Positions 50,570-62,609 of a DNA stretch of 64,000 bases are shown here, in pieces. Positions within the stretch are counted from its first letter, which is position 1; the number at the start of each line of letters is the position of its first letter. The position numbers were made by a program, and so were the translations under genes. This DNA comes from Octopus bimaculoides (lineage: Eukaryota): NCBI RefSeq assembly GCF_001194135.2, contig NC_068989.1, forward strand, positions 38,268,046 through 38,332,045, given 5' to 3'. The notes under the pieces were generated by a model that was not told the DNA's origin, made no database searches, and saw nothing but the letters and a program-made list of their open reading frames with translations.

Positions 50570-51170
50570 TCTGGTGATAGGAAATGTGTCCATGGATTCA
50601 TAAGACCACTGAAGTTTGGTCATAGTGAGGCCATTCACATTCTACTTAATCTGTTGCAATTCAATAACTGCATGGAAGATATGTACATGGAAGAAATCCA
50701 GGAAAGAAAGGACTCGGTGTTGTGACTAGTGCAGGACCTGGAGAGAGGTAGATAAATATGATGAAAGAATGCTGAGTAGAGAATGGAGGTAGTATGAGAG
50801 ACCAGTCAAATCCAAGGATTAGAGGATATTGTAGTAATAGAAGAATGACAGAGAGAAGAGATAACACATGTAATGATCAGAGATTGGTGTGTAAGTGAAA
50901 TTATGTCAACCATTTGAGTGCTCTTTCTCTGGATATGTTTTGTGTATAGAGGGAAGCACTATTCCAGATATTAAAGTAGGGTCACTCTAGTGGGCCATTC
51001 TTGAGAATATTAGAGGGCTCAATGAGAGATGAAATATGCTCTTAACTTGAAGGAAAACCAGACTTTCCAATTCAGTCTTTTATTATGTTAATGATTTGGC
51101 AGGAGAAAAACTGAGTGTTAGTGATTCTAATACTTTAATTCATTGTGAGGGTTCTTGAAGCATGTCACAC
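50570..51170 (-). mobile_element. Decayed CR1/L2-type LINE 3' remnant
   Basis: Minus-strand relics in order: IWNSAS, KHIQRK, SLLSV..YYY, TESFLSW..SSMY..., as in CR1-type ORF2 C-termini. Confidence 0.55.
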
Positions 51171-53117
51171 ATGCTACACATGTGTAAAAAGAATGAGGTG
51201 CAGTGAGGTTTATATACATATAAGGAAATAAGTTGATAAAGGAATAAACAATTATCTTGTGAACTTCATTAGCTTACTGCTGCTTCTGCTATACAAAGCT
51301 GTGGACTCATAGTTAAGTGCTTGAGTAACACCTTATAGCTTCATTACAGCCTTAAATATGTAGTGCAGTTTAGTCTTGTTATGCCTTAGTGAAATACACA
51401 CATACACACGTACATACATACATACATACATAGGTGTGTGTGTGTTTGTATGTGTGCATGCATGCATGGCTGAATGGTGAAGTTTCTTTTGCAACCACAA
51501 GGTTTTGGGTTTAATCACATTGTGTGGTATCTTGAGTAAGCATCTTTATCATAGTCTTGAGTTGGCCCAAGACTTGTGAGTAAAATTGCATTGATGGAAA
51601 CTGTAGAATCCATCAGATATTCTGTGTCTGTAATTCAGTCATGTTACATTGTCACACTGATTCTACCTGAAAATTATGTTAAAGGTACAAAAGTGCCTGT
51701 GGAATACTCAACCACTTTGCATGCAAATTCAGTGAGTAGGCCATCTAGTTGGTTGAACAACTGGACACTTGTATGTTAAAATCCACAGTAGAGTCCATTG
51801 TGTAGATAGTATCATCATCATCAGCAACATTTTAACATCTGATTTCTCATGCTTGTATGGGTCAGAGTAAATACAACACACACGCACACACACACGAATT
51901 TATACTAAAGTACTAATGTCTTGTGGGCTATGCATTGGTATACAGACTCACATCCATACAGCAGTTTAGTAAGAAGTAGTGAGCAAATCATGTTGAATTG
52001 TTAAATAACAATTAACTGATTGGTTTGATCATTATCTAAAGCTGCAATAAATGACCCTCATGGGCTTAATTTCAAAGTGATACTAAATATGCATGGATCT
52101 GAGCCTGCATATTTATGTATTTATAGTTAGGTATGTGTAAGTGTTTATAAATAATGACTGTGTTGTTAGGAAGTTCTCTTCACAACCATGTGTTTTTGGG
52201 TTACAAAAATTAACACCTTGATGCGAGTGTGTGTGTGTGTGTGTGTGTGCAAGTGTGTTTGTGTAAGTGGGTATAATGATATAAATTGTTGATAATTCCC
52301 ATTGGTATTCATTCACTAAGTCAAATCTTCAAAGGTCTAATATTACTAAAATATTTTGTATAGTTTTATTGATTAACCAAATTTAGTTAATTGGCAAAAT
52401 TATTACCTGATTAATACTAGGTTTGATAAAATTGACTAACACTCTCCATCATGGCCACATTTTAATAACTGAAACCAGTAAAATAAGGTATATATTATGT
52501 ATGTATGTATGTGTAAAAATGAAAATAAGCCAGTGCCATGTATTTGAACAACTGACAAATACGAGTACATTAAATATACCATGCAAGCTGAATTATTGAT
52601 TTACTGAAATTATCCCCAATTTCAGAGATGATAGAACCATCACTAGATGGCAATTAGGACCAACACCAAATGAGAAGGGGAGATAATCTCAGGGGATTAA
52701 GAATTCTCCAAAACTGACTAAACTATCTTGGTCATTATTAAGCTAGTGTTTGGAATATAATTTAATATGGAATTTTGAAGTACTGTTTTAATGTAGACCA
52801 CTTTAAACAGGGTGTTTGCATCTAAGAACCAAAGGTGGTCTCAGGCAGAGGATAGCTGTGATTATATATTTCATTTACAACATATATTATCAGTATAGCA
52901 GTTGCCCTACCTTATCAGTAGCTGAAGATAACACTCAGAAATGTATGAAAATAGAATAGAGCATATTTATGGCCAAGGTAATTTGCATAAAGGACAAAAA
53001 TGATCTGAGAAATATCTCAGACATTAAGACACTATCTATTAAAGCATCAAGCTAATACCTTGTTTATTAAAACTTGTTCCTCATGTACAGTCCTTTTTAA
53101 TAATTTGTTGTACTTAC

Positions 53118-53163
<46 letters not shown>

Positions 53164-53240
53164 CGTAAAAACCCATGTATTTTGTGCACCTGTATAATTT
53201 ATGCAGGTGATTTTCAAGATAAAAATTGTTAAAAAAAAGC

Positions 53241-53543
53241 TTTGACTGAGGACTGGTGTACCAGATGGTTACACCAGGCTCCAATCTTATTTGGCAGAGT
53301 TTCTACAGCTGGATGCCCTTCCTAACTTCAACCACTCCGAGAGTGTAGTGGGTGCTTTTACATGTCACCGGCACAAAGGCCAGTCAGGCGGTACTGGCAA
53401 CGACCACACTTAAAATGGTGTATTTTACATGCCACCTGCACAGGAGCCAGTCCAGTGGCACTGGCAACGATCTCGCTCAAATGTCTTTACATGTGCCACT
53501 GGCACAAGTGCCAGGAAGGCGACGCTGGGCACAGGTGCCATGG
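53241..53543 (-). mobile_element. RTE LINE 3' UTR fragment
   Basis: Reverse complement of the 47.7-48.0 kb copy. Confidence 0.9.
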
Positions 53544-54598
53544 AACAAAAACGCAATAGAAGACAATAAAACATTTGGATAGATGGATGATACGAAGGCG
53601 GACAGCAGAAACAACAATTAGAAGGACAGGTAAAAAAAGTACCAGAAGTCATAACCATTTCGGGCAGTTACACTTGAGTCAGTTTGATCTGGTTGCCCCC
53701 AAAACATCTAAGCTAAGAGCATTAGACCGTTTTGTAAGAAAGCTAGTGAATGTGAACGGCAACGAGGACAAAAAATGGAGAACATGGTACACAATTACAA
53801 ATACAAACACAAGAAAATAACAACAGGTGTCTTTTGACTGAAAACGAATCAGGCTGAGCTGGCGTGTATGAAGTGAAAGCCTAAAAGCAGGGACATAAGA
53901 GATGGACATAAGAGTTTATGTAAACTGATGTAAATGTTTGATGTAAACTGAAAGAAACCATCATATATATATCGTAATATATAAAACAAAGTTTGTGTGT
54001 GTGTGTGTGCACGTATGATCCTTATGGGTTCAAAAATTGAGTTGCTGATTTTGGCATATGGGGTATCAAAACATTCAGTAATCTTTCAGTTATCAAATAA
54101 AGTGTGTATTTTGCACAAAAACCCTTTTTTTACTACAAAAATGAGCTCGCAAACGAGGTTGGGATGCACAATTTTGAGGTCTTTAGCTAAGGAAGGTAAC
54201 TCTGTCTGACAATAACTTTTAAAGAAATCTGGATACCTCTCTTACTGTTAACCATTCAACTTTAGATTACAATTGTTAATTGCTGGAAGTCAAGTAAACT
54301 GAGATATACATATAGTGTTATTATTATACAGAGTGGAAGTCCAAAACGAAGTTTTGAGCTCCTTATCTTGTGGTTAGTAATCCATTACCTTTAATTTGAA
54401 GCCATTAAGTCTTTAAACATTATTTTACTGTCACGATGATGGGATATCACCTTCAAAAATTTAGTTGATCACACTGACCTCAATGCATATTTCAATTTGG
54501 CATGTATTTTATAGGTCTCTGCTTGATGAACTGCTAACTTTGAGACATAGTGAGACACAATACTCAATTTAACAACAAATGTAAACACGCACATTTTA

Positions 54599-54748
54599 GG
54601 TGCAGGAATGACTGTGTGGTTGAGAAGTTTGCTTGCCACCCACATGATTCCATGTTCAATCGCTTTGCATGGTACCTTGGGCAAGTGTTTTCCGCTCTAG
54701 CCTTAGGTCAACCACAGACTTGTGACTGAATTTGGTAAATAGAAACTG
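54599..54748 (+). mobile_element. SINE family A 5' part
   Basis: GCAGGAATGACTGTGTGG..CCTTGGGCAAGTG..GAATTTGGTAAATAGAAACTG. Confidence 0.8.
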
Positions 54749-54889
54749 CAGCGTCGTTCATCAGAAGATGACCGAAAAACATGTTTATAAAGAGTTGTTT
54801 GCTTCATACTCCTCGTGTGCAATTCTACCCAAATAATACAATGTGGCTGTAGGTCAAAACAATTCGGCAACGCCGGGGTGTATTGCTAG
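54749..54889 (+). mobile_element. Helitron-type 3' terminus
   Basis: Hairpin CGGC-AAC-GCCG at 54865-54875, then CTAG at 54886-54889 followed by T. This is the canonical Helitron 3' signature. Confidence 0.65.
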
Positions 54890-55889
54890 TGTGTGTGTAT
54901 GTGTGTGTGTGTATAAATATAAGTATATATATATATATATATATATATNNNNNNNNNNNNNNNNNNNNNNNNNNNNNNNNNNNNNNNNNNNNNNNNNNNN
55001 NNNNNNNNNNNNNNNNNNNNNNNNNNNNNNNNNNNNNNNNNNNNNNNNNNNNNNNNNNNNNNNNNNNNNNNNNNNNNNNNNNNNNNNNNNNNNNNNNNNN
55101 NNNNNNNNNNNNNNNNNNNNNNNNNNNNNNNNNNNNNNNNNNNNNNNNNNNNNNNNNNNNNNNNNNNNNNNNNNNNNNNNNNNNNNNNNNNNNNNNNNNN
55201 NNNNNNNNNNNNNNNNNNNNNNNNNNNNNNNNNNNNNNNNNNNNNNNNNNNNNNNNNNNNNNNNNNNNNNNNNNNNNNNNNNNNNNNNNNNNNNNNNNNN
55301 NNNNNNNNNNNNNNNNNNNNNNNNNNNNNNNNNNNNNNNNNNNNNNNNNNNNNNNNNNNNNNNNNNNNNNNNNNNNNNNNNNNNNNNNNNNNNNNNNNNN
55401 NNNNNNNNNNNNNNNNNNNNNNNNNNNNNNNNNNNNNNNNNNNNNNNNNNNNNNNNNNNNNNNNNNNNNNNNNNNNNNNNNNNNNNNNNNNNNNNNNNNN
55501 NNNNNNNNNNNNNNNNNNNNNNNNNNNNNNNNNNNNNNNNNNNNNNNNNNNNNNNNNNNNNNNNNNNNNNNNNNNNNNNNNNNNNNNNNNNNNNNNNNNN
55601 NNNNNNNNNNNNNNNNNNNNNNNNNNNNNNNNNNNNNNNNNNNNNNNNNNNNNNNNNNNNNNNNNNNNNNNNNNNNNNNNNNNNNNNNNNNNNNNNNNNN
55701 NNNNNNNNNNNNNNNNNNNNNNNNNNNNNNNNNNNNNNNNNNNNNNNNNNNNNNNNNNNNNNNNNNNNNNNNNNNNNNNNNNNNNNNNNNNNNNNNNNNN
55801 NNNNNNNNNNNNNNNNNNNNNNNNNNNNNNNNNNNNNNNNNNNNNNNNNNNNNNNNNNNNNNNNNNNNNNNNNNNNNNNNNNNNNNNNN

Positions 55890-56052
55890 CTACACTCTCG
55901 GAGTGGTTGGCGTTAGGAAGGGCATCCAGCTGTAGAAACTCTGCCAGATCAGATTGGAGCCTGGCGTAGCCATCTGGTTCACCAGTCCTCAGTCAAATCG
56001 TCCAAACCATGCTAGCATGGAAAGCGGACGTTAAACGATGATGATGATGATG

Positions 56053-56053
<1 letters not shown>
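55890..56053 (+). mobile_element. RTE LINE 3' end emerging from a gap
   Basis: CTACACTCTCGGAGTGGTTGGCGTTAGGAAGGGCATCC...GTTAAAC(GAT)n. Confidence 0.9.
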
Positions 56054-56107
<54 letters not shown>

Positions 56108-56814
56108 TGTATGTATGTATGTATGCATGCATTTATGTGTGTTTGTTTGTCCTGCTATCACTTGACAACTGATGCTGGTGTGTTTATATCCTCATAACTT
56201 AGTAGTTTGGGAACCCTTTAAGGCAGTGCTCCAGCATGACCACAGTCAAATGATTAAAACAAGTAAAAGATTCAAAGAATATATATATATATATAATCAA
56301 TGTTTTCTGTGACACCTTTTTCTTTGCTGACATCTGTGCTTATTCATCTTTCACTACACTTTTGTTCTATTTGTGATTTCTCAAAATTAAGTGTTTACAT
56401 GTTGATTGTTGGTGCAAATGATTTCATAGCTTATTTGTGAACTGAAGCTTAATTCCTGTTGGCATCATTAAACACATAAGTGAATATTAAAGCAATCTAC
56501 ATGTTTATTGTATTATTAATTAGATATAATTAGAAAATGCTGGATGCTGTTTAGATCATTATTTTATTTCCTACAGCTGTGGCCATGCACAAATCACTGA
56601 AGTCTGTAACAACTAAGATTTCACTCTTAATTAGGAAATCATTCTTAATGAGTTATAAATTATTTCTCATTAAGATATTTAGCACTAATTTATTATTTCT
56701 AAATAGTGAAATGAAGAGAGATGATATGCTTTTACAGGTTTTTGCTATGGTTTTTTTTAAAAGCAGTTCTTATTTTCATCAATCTGCATTATCACATAGT
56801 ACCATGTTAACAAG

Positions 56815-57040
56815 TACACACACACACACACACACTCTCTCTCTCTCTCTCTCACTCTCTTTCTCTCTCTCACTCTCTTTTCTCTCTCTCTCACTCTCTT
56901 TCTCTCTCTCTCACTCTCTTTCTCTCTCTCTCACTCTCTTTCTCTCTCTCTCACTCTCTTTTTCTCTCTCTCTCTCTATATCTCTCTCTTTCTCTCTCTC
57001 TCTCTCACTCTCCCCCCCTCTCTCTCTCTCTCTCACACAC
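56815..57040. repeat. (CA)n plus compound (CT)n microsatellite with 20-bp periodicity. A similar (CT)n/(CA)n tract lies at 48450-48665
   Basis: TCACTCTCTTTCTCTCTCTC units. Confidence 0.95.
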
Positions 57041-60025
57041 ATACATCATCATCATCTAAGCAAATTTCACCCATTTGACACTGCTGAACATGGAGTTACA
57101 GAAGAGAAAATTGTGAAAGGAGTCATGAAGTGAGATTGGACCTAGAATCACATAGTTGCAATACAAAATTCTTAAGAACATGATATGGTTTCTATGTATG
57201 TCTAGATGTTTTGTGGGGAAAAGATATAAAAATAAAAATACAGTAGTGCAATCTATTAAAAACTGTTTCTTGGGGCTCACTTATTCTACCTTCTCCCATA
57301 GAATTTGAAGATGACATTGCAAGTGAGCGGTGTCAACTGTTGGAAGGAAAGTAAAACGTATGTAGAATGGGTTAAGTTAGATGCCTCAACCAGGAATAAA
57401 AACTGCTTTCTAAAAGTTTACCATCATTATTCATCAACACACTTACTACAAAAGGAAATAAAGCTCTTATACTTTGTTGTATAAATTGGCTGCAATGTTG
57501 GAGAGGAGGAGCATAGTTGATTGAATCAACTCTTTATATATTAAGTGGTCCTTAAATTATCAATATGGGAGAAATGAAAGACAGTCTATCACAATGAGAT
57601 TTAAACAATTTAAAGGAATACAACTAAATACTGCAATGAATTTAGTATTATTTCTTCCATTTGTTCATTCTTTTATAAAGGTGTAATTATTTATGGCTAG
57701 GAATTTGAATCTGAGTTAGAAAGAAAATTTAGTGGAACTTACAGTTGTATAATGGGTGTCAACTTTAATTACTTACAAACAATAGAAGTACATTAAAGTA
57801 GTCTTTGTTTTTACATTGGAAGGAATTAGTACTGGCAATAGGAAGAGGTAATGTTATTAACAGTGAGCATTTGAACAACTTGAAGTGAGAAGAAGATCAG
57901 TTGCTTCGTAATCTCATGGGATGACAGTTTTTGTTTATCAGGGCATAAATTCCCAGGCAGGACTGGAGAATCAGTTTTAGAAAGCTGCTTGGAAGGGAAG
58001 CTATTTAATGTTAACAGTACAGTAATTTCAATAAGAATTCCAAACTAAGATGTTTCAGTTTACCAGAGTGACTGTCAACCTTTTTCTGGCATAAGCAAAA
58101 GCAAAAAATGACAGACATATGATCTAAAACAACTTTAGAGTTTCTTTTCTACTAGTGTCTTCCTATTCTTGAATATTCTTTCTGCTTCACTTGTAACAGC
58201 AACATTCTACAGTAAACGTCACCTTACATAGCAGGTAAACAACACATTTACACCACCTGCTCACATAAAGAAGCACACATTGGCTAATGTAATCTTTGGT
58301 ATACACAAATATATTGGGATGGTCATAGATGAAATGCCTTTGATAATAGACTGTTCAATTAAGTTCTCAATTGAGGGTTACTGTTAGTTAAAAGTTCTCA
58401 CCTATTTTATTGCAAAGTAATCTTTCCTCATGGCCAACCAGTTTGATCAAGGAAGATTAGATACAAGTGATACCACTTGTGTTGATGCTTTTTTTAATAC
58501 TACTTGAAGGTGATGCTTTCTTTCTATAACCATCATATAATTTTGGAACAAGGATGCACAATAATACTAAATGTGAAAACCAGTAAGTTTGGCATCAGAG
58601 GTTATTCAGGCTGCAAAATGCCTCATCCCACCCATACCAGCAGGAAAAAAACGGATTTAAAAATAAAGAAAATTATAATGATAATGAAATTTGCTCTTTT
58701 TCACCTATTATACAACAGTCATCCATTGTTTCATTAATTAATTCCTGCAACTGTAAATGCTTATAAATCCTTCCGTTAAGGAACCAATGCAGAATTATTG
58801 GTATTGCATATTATGTGCTGTTTGTTCTGTTTGGATTACAAACTCTATACAGGACTCAATACTAAAAGTTGAGTGAATGGAAAGGAAATGTTTTATTAAA
58901 TTGTGCCACAGGTGTTCACCCAGTTTAGTCCACAGGGGTCTTTTCTAACAGTTAAAATTACCACAAAGAATTTGTAGTTATATTGTATTGTAGGCAATGG
59001 TAATGGAAGGAAAAACGGTAAATGGGGGACTGTGAGAAGAATCTTAATGGAATGTGTTTATACAATAACTTTAGTTAGACAAACAATATATTCTAAATTT
59101 CATTTAGCTTATTCTTTTCTTTATTATAGTATATTATGTTTATTTTTTTTTATCATTTATCTAAATCTATTCTGTCCGAATTTGACCCAAGTTTTTCTAT
59201 AAACACCTGTTAATATTCTCTCTTATAATGTTACAGCTCACATTTCCCCACTTTCATTGTTTTCTTTCTTTCTTTCCTTCCCATCCATTACAATTTAGCT
59301 ACACACACATACAAATACTTCCTGATATTTAACCATTTGAAAAGCACACCACCCACTGCACAGAGAGAACCAAGTGTACACCTGTTGCAGAAGGTAACAA
59401 TAAAAACATTAGAACTACAAATATCTACTTTATCAACTCTGTTAAATATGATTAATAAGCTAAGGGTGAAATAGAGTGCTGAAGCAAGTGGACAATAAAT
59501 AGGTCAGCATTTCAGTTTCTCTCTTTCAGATTCTACTATAGATTTTTTCCAAGTATGATGAATTATAAATATGTGTGGGGTGTGTATGTAAATGTTTGTT
59601 TCCATGTTCAATTATGATAAAAATAATTTAACATTAAACAGAAGAATTACTAAAAACATTTCTGTAGAGTACATATTTATTCTTCATTTGCATGAAGAGG
59701 GTTGACTGCGACTTGGAAGTGTCAGCCTGCTAACTTTTATTGGAGGGTCTGTTGAAGGTGAAGAGAGTGAAGATTCAAGGTCACTATTACTCCTCTTCTT
59801 GTAACATTTTTATATATCTACATATATATGCATGTATGTGCATANNNNNNNNNNNNNNNNNNNNNNNNNNNNNNNNNNNNNNNNNNNNNNNNNNNNNNNN
59901 NNNNNNNNNNNNNNNNNNNNNNNNNNNTATATATATATATATATATGTATATACATACATATGTGCATATGTATGTATATATATATGCATGTATGTGTGT
60001 ATGTATATATGTCTGTATGTATAGA

Positions 60026-60382
60026 GGCACAGGAGTAGCTGTGTGGTAAGTAGCTTGCTTACCAACCACATGGCTCCGGGTTCAGTTCCGCTACATGGCA
60101 CCTTGGGCAAGTGTCTTCTACTATAGCCTCGGGCCAACCAAAGCCTTGTGAGTAGATTTGGTAGAGGGGAAGTGAAAAAAGCTCATGTATATATGTATGT
60201 GTTTGTGTATTTGTGTTTGTTCCCACATCATCACTTGACAACCGATGTTGGTGTGTTTATGTCCCCATAACTTAGTGGTTCAGCAAAGGGAACCGATAGG
60301 ATAAGTACTAGGGTCGATTTGTTCGACTAAAGGTGGTGCTCCAGCATGGCTACAGTCAAATGACTGAAACAAATAAAAGAAT
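60026..60382 (+). mobile_element. SINE family A, best-preserved copy
   Basis: tRNA-like head, CORE-like CCTTGGGCAAGTG, and tail ...CAGCATGGCTACAGTCAAATGACTGAAAC. Confidence 0.9.
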
Positions 60383-60413
60383 ATGTATATATATGTATGT
60401 ATATATGCATATA

Positions 60414-60470
<57 letters not shown>

Positions 60471-60480
60471 NNNNNNNNNN

Positions 60481-60521
<41 letters not shown>

Positions 60522-60523
<2 letters not shown>

Positions 60524-61952
60524 GGAAGCAGACAAACTACAAATCCGTTCAGGTAGATGGCCCTGCTCAATCTGTAGAAAAGGCGTAGGTAGAAACTCCA
60601 TAAGATGTACCCAGTGTAAGCTATGGACACCTAAGAGGTACAGCAATATCAAAGGAAGGCTAACTGAGAAAATAGTTTATGCATGTGGTAGATGCTCAGG
60701 AGCAGTAAACACTGAAAATGTGCAGAGAACAACCTCTGTCACATCCAGGGAGAAAAACTAGAAGTAGTTGACAGCTTCCGTTACCTAGGTGACCAAGTCA
60801 GTAGTGGGGGTGGATGCTCTGAAAGTGTAGCCGCTAGAATAAGAAGAGTCTGGGTAAAATTCAGAGAGCTCCTACCTCTGCTGGTGACATGGGGCCTCTT
60901 GCTCAGAGTTAAAGGTAGAATGTATCATGCATGTGTACGAACAGCCATGCTACATGGCAGTGAAACATGGGCTGTGACTGCTGAGGACATGCATAAGCTT
61001 GCAAGGAATGAAGCCAGTATGCTCCGATGGATGTGTAATGTCAGTGTGCATACTCAACAGAGTGTAAGTACCTTGAGAGAAAAGTTGGACCTAAAAAGCA
61101 TCAGGTGTGCAAGAGAGACGACTGCGCTGGTATGGTCATGTGGTGAGAATGGATGAGGATAGCTGTGTGGAAAAGTGTCACACCCTAGCAGTTGAGGAAA
61201 CCTGTGGAAGAGGTAGACCCAGGAAGACCTGGGATGAGATGGTGAAGCATGGCCTTTGAACATTAGACCTCACCGAGGCAATGACTAGTGACCGAGACCT
61301 TTGGAAATATGCTGTGCTTGAGAAGACCTGGCAAGCCAAGTGAGACCATAATCTGTGGCCTGTGCCAGTTGTGTAACCAGCTAACTTATGTGTACATTTC
61401 CTTCATTGGACACTAAACTCTGCTTGCAAAGACCTGTTGAGGCAAGTGAAATCGAAATCAAATTCGCTGACATGGCCGATGACTGTGCTGCCTGACTGGC
61501 ATCCGTGCTAGTGGAAGGTTAAGAACACCATCTGAGTGTGATCGTTGCCAGGGCCACTGACTAGCTCCCATGCCGGTGGCATGTAAAAAGCACCATACAA
61601 GCGTGATCGTTACCAGTGTCGTCTTACTGGCACTTGTGCCGGTGGCATGTGAAAAACAACATCTGAGCAAGGTTCTTACCAGTGCTGCTGGACTGGCTCC
61701 TGTGCAGGTGTCACATAAAAAACACCATTTGAGCGTGGCTGTTGCCAGTACCGCCTGACTGATCCTTGTGGCAGTGGCACGTAAAAGCACCCACTGCACT
61801 CTTTGAGTGGTTGGTGTTAGGAAGGGCATCCAGCTCTAGAAACTCTGCCAGATCAGATTGGAACCTGGTGCAGCCATCTGGCTCACCAGTCCTCAGTCAA
61901 ACCATCCTACCCATGCCAGCATGGAATGCGGATGTTAAGCGATGATGATGAT
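60522..61952 (+). mobile_element. 5'-truncated RTE-clade LINE: frameshifted ORF2 C-terminal remnant to stop at 61343, then a 3' UTR of about 610 bp ending in (GAT)n
   Basis: LEVVDSFRYLGD, RI...W.KFRELLPLL, KGRMYHACVRTAMLHGSETW, RRLRWYGHVVRM and RGRPRKTW are RTE RT-C/thumb motifs. Confidence 0.92.
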
Positions 61953-62056
61953 AATATATATATACGTATGTATATATGCATATATACATATATATGTATG
62001 TATATATGCATATATGTATCTATATATGCATATATACATGTATATGCATGTATATA

Positions 62057-62111
<55 letters not shown>

Positions 62112-62292
62112 GCATGTATATATGTATGTATGCATGTATATATGTATGTATGCATGTATATATGTATGTATGCATGTATATATGTATGTATGCATGTATA
62201 TATGTATATATATATATATATATGCATATATATGTATATATATATATGCATATATATATTTATATATGCATGTATGTATATATGCATATATT
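61953..62292. repeat. Compound TA/TATG/TGCA microsatellite. Similar tracts at 62480-62610 and 63240-63640
   Basis: Directly read; source of the YIYM-type pseudo-ORFs. Confidence 0.95.
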
Positions 62293-62478
62293 CAATCCAA
62301 ACATGAACAAGTAAGAAAAAACAACAATGCGAGGACGTGGAATACGTACAATGTTATTGGACGCTCAGGAACGGAAAGAAAAGACAGAGGATTTCACGTT
62401 TTGAGTGGAGCTCTTCATCAGAAATATAGAAAACGTCAAAAGAAGGGAAGACGGAGAAAGAAAATCGCCAACGATGCA
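62293..62478 (-). mobile_element. P3: single-arm repeat with a degenerate hammerhead-like motif at 62391-62425
   Basis: Reverse complement: ATTT CTGATGA A GAG-CTCCA-CTC AAAAC GTG AAAT. 4-bp stem I; G12>A and a GUG triplet make it inactive. Layout resembles the left part of P4. Confidence 0.55.
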
Positions 62479-62479
62479 C

Positions 62480-62514
<35 letters not shown>

Positions 62515-62609
62515 TGCATATATATGTATGTATACATGCATATATATGTATGTATATATGCATGTGTATATGTGCATATATATATATATATATATATATA
62601 AGTATATAT

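Noticed and set aside
53545-53900. Repeat related to 63380-63480, with a faint minus-strand CTGAC..CCCGAAAT motif
   Set aside because: Core and stem I are too degenerate to call a hammerhead; family unresolved.
56579-57133. 184-aa ORF following a good acceptor at 56576
   Set aside because: Runs into (CA)n/(CT)n repeats giving THTH/SLSL, has no convincing donor, and resembles no known protein.
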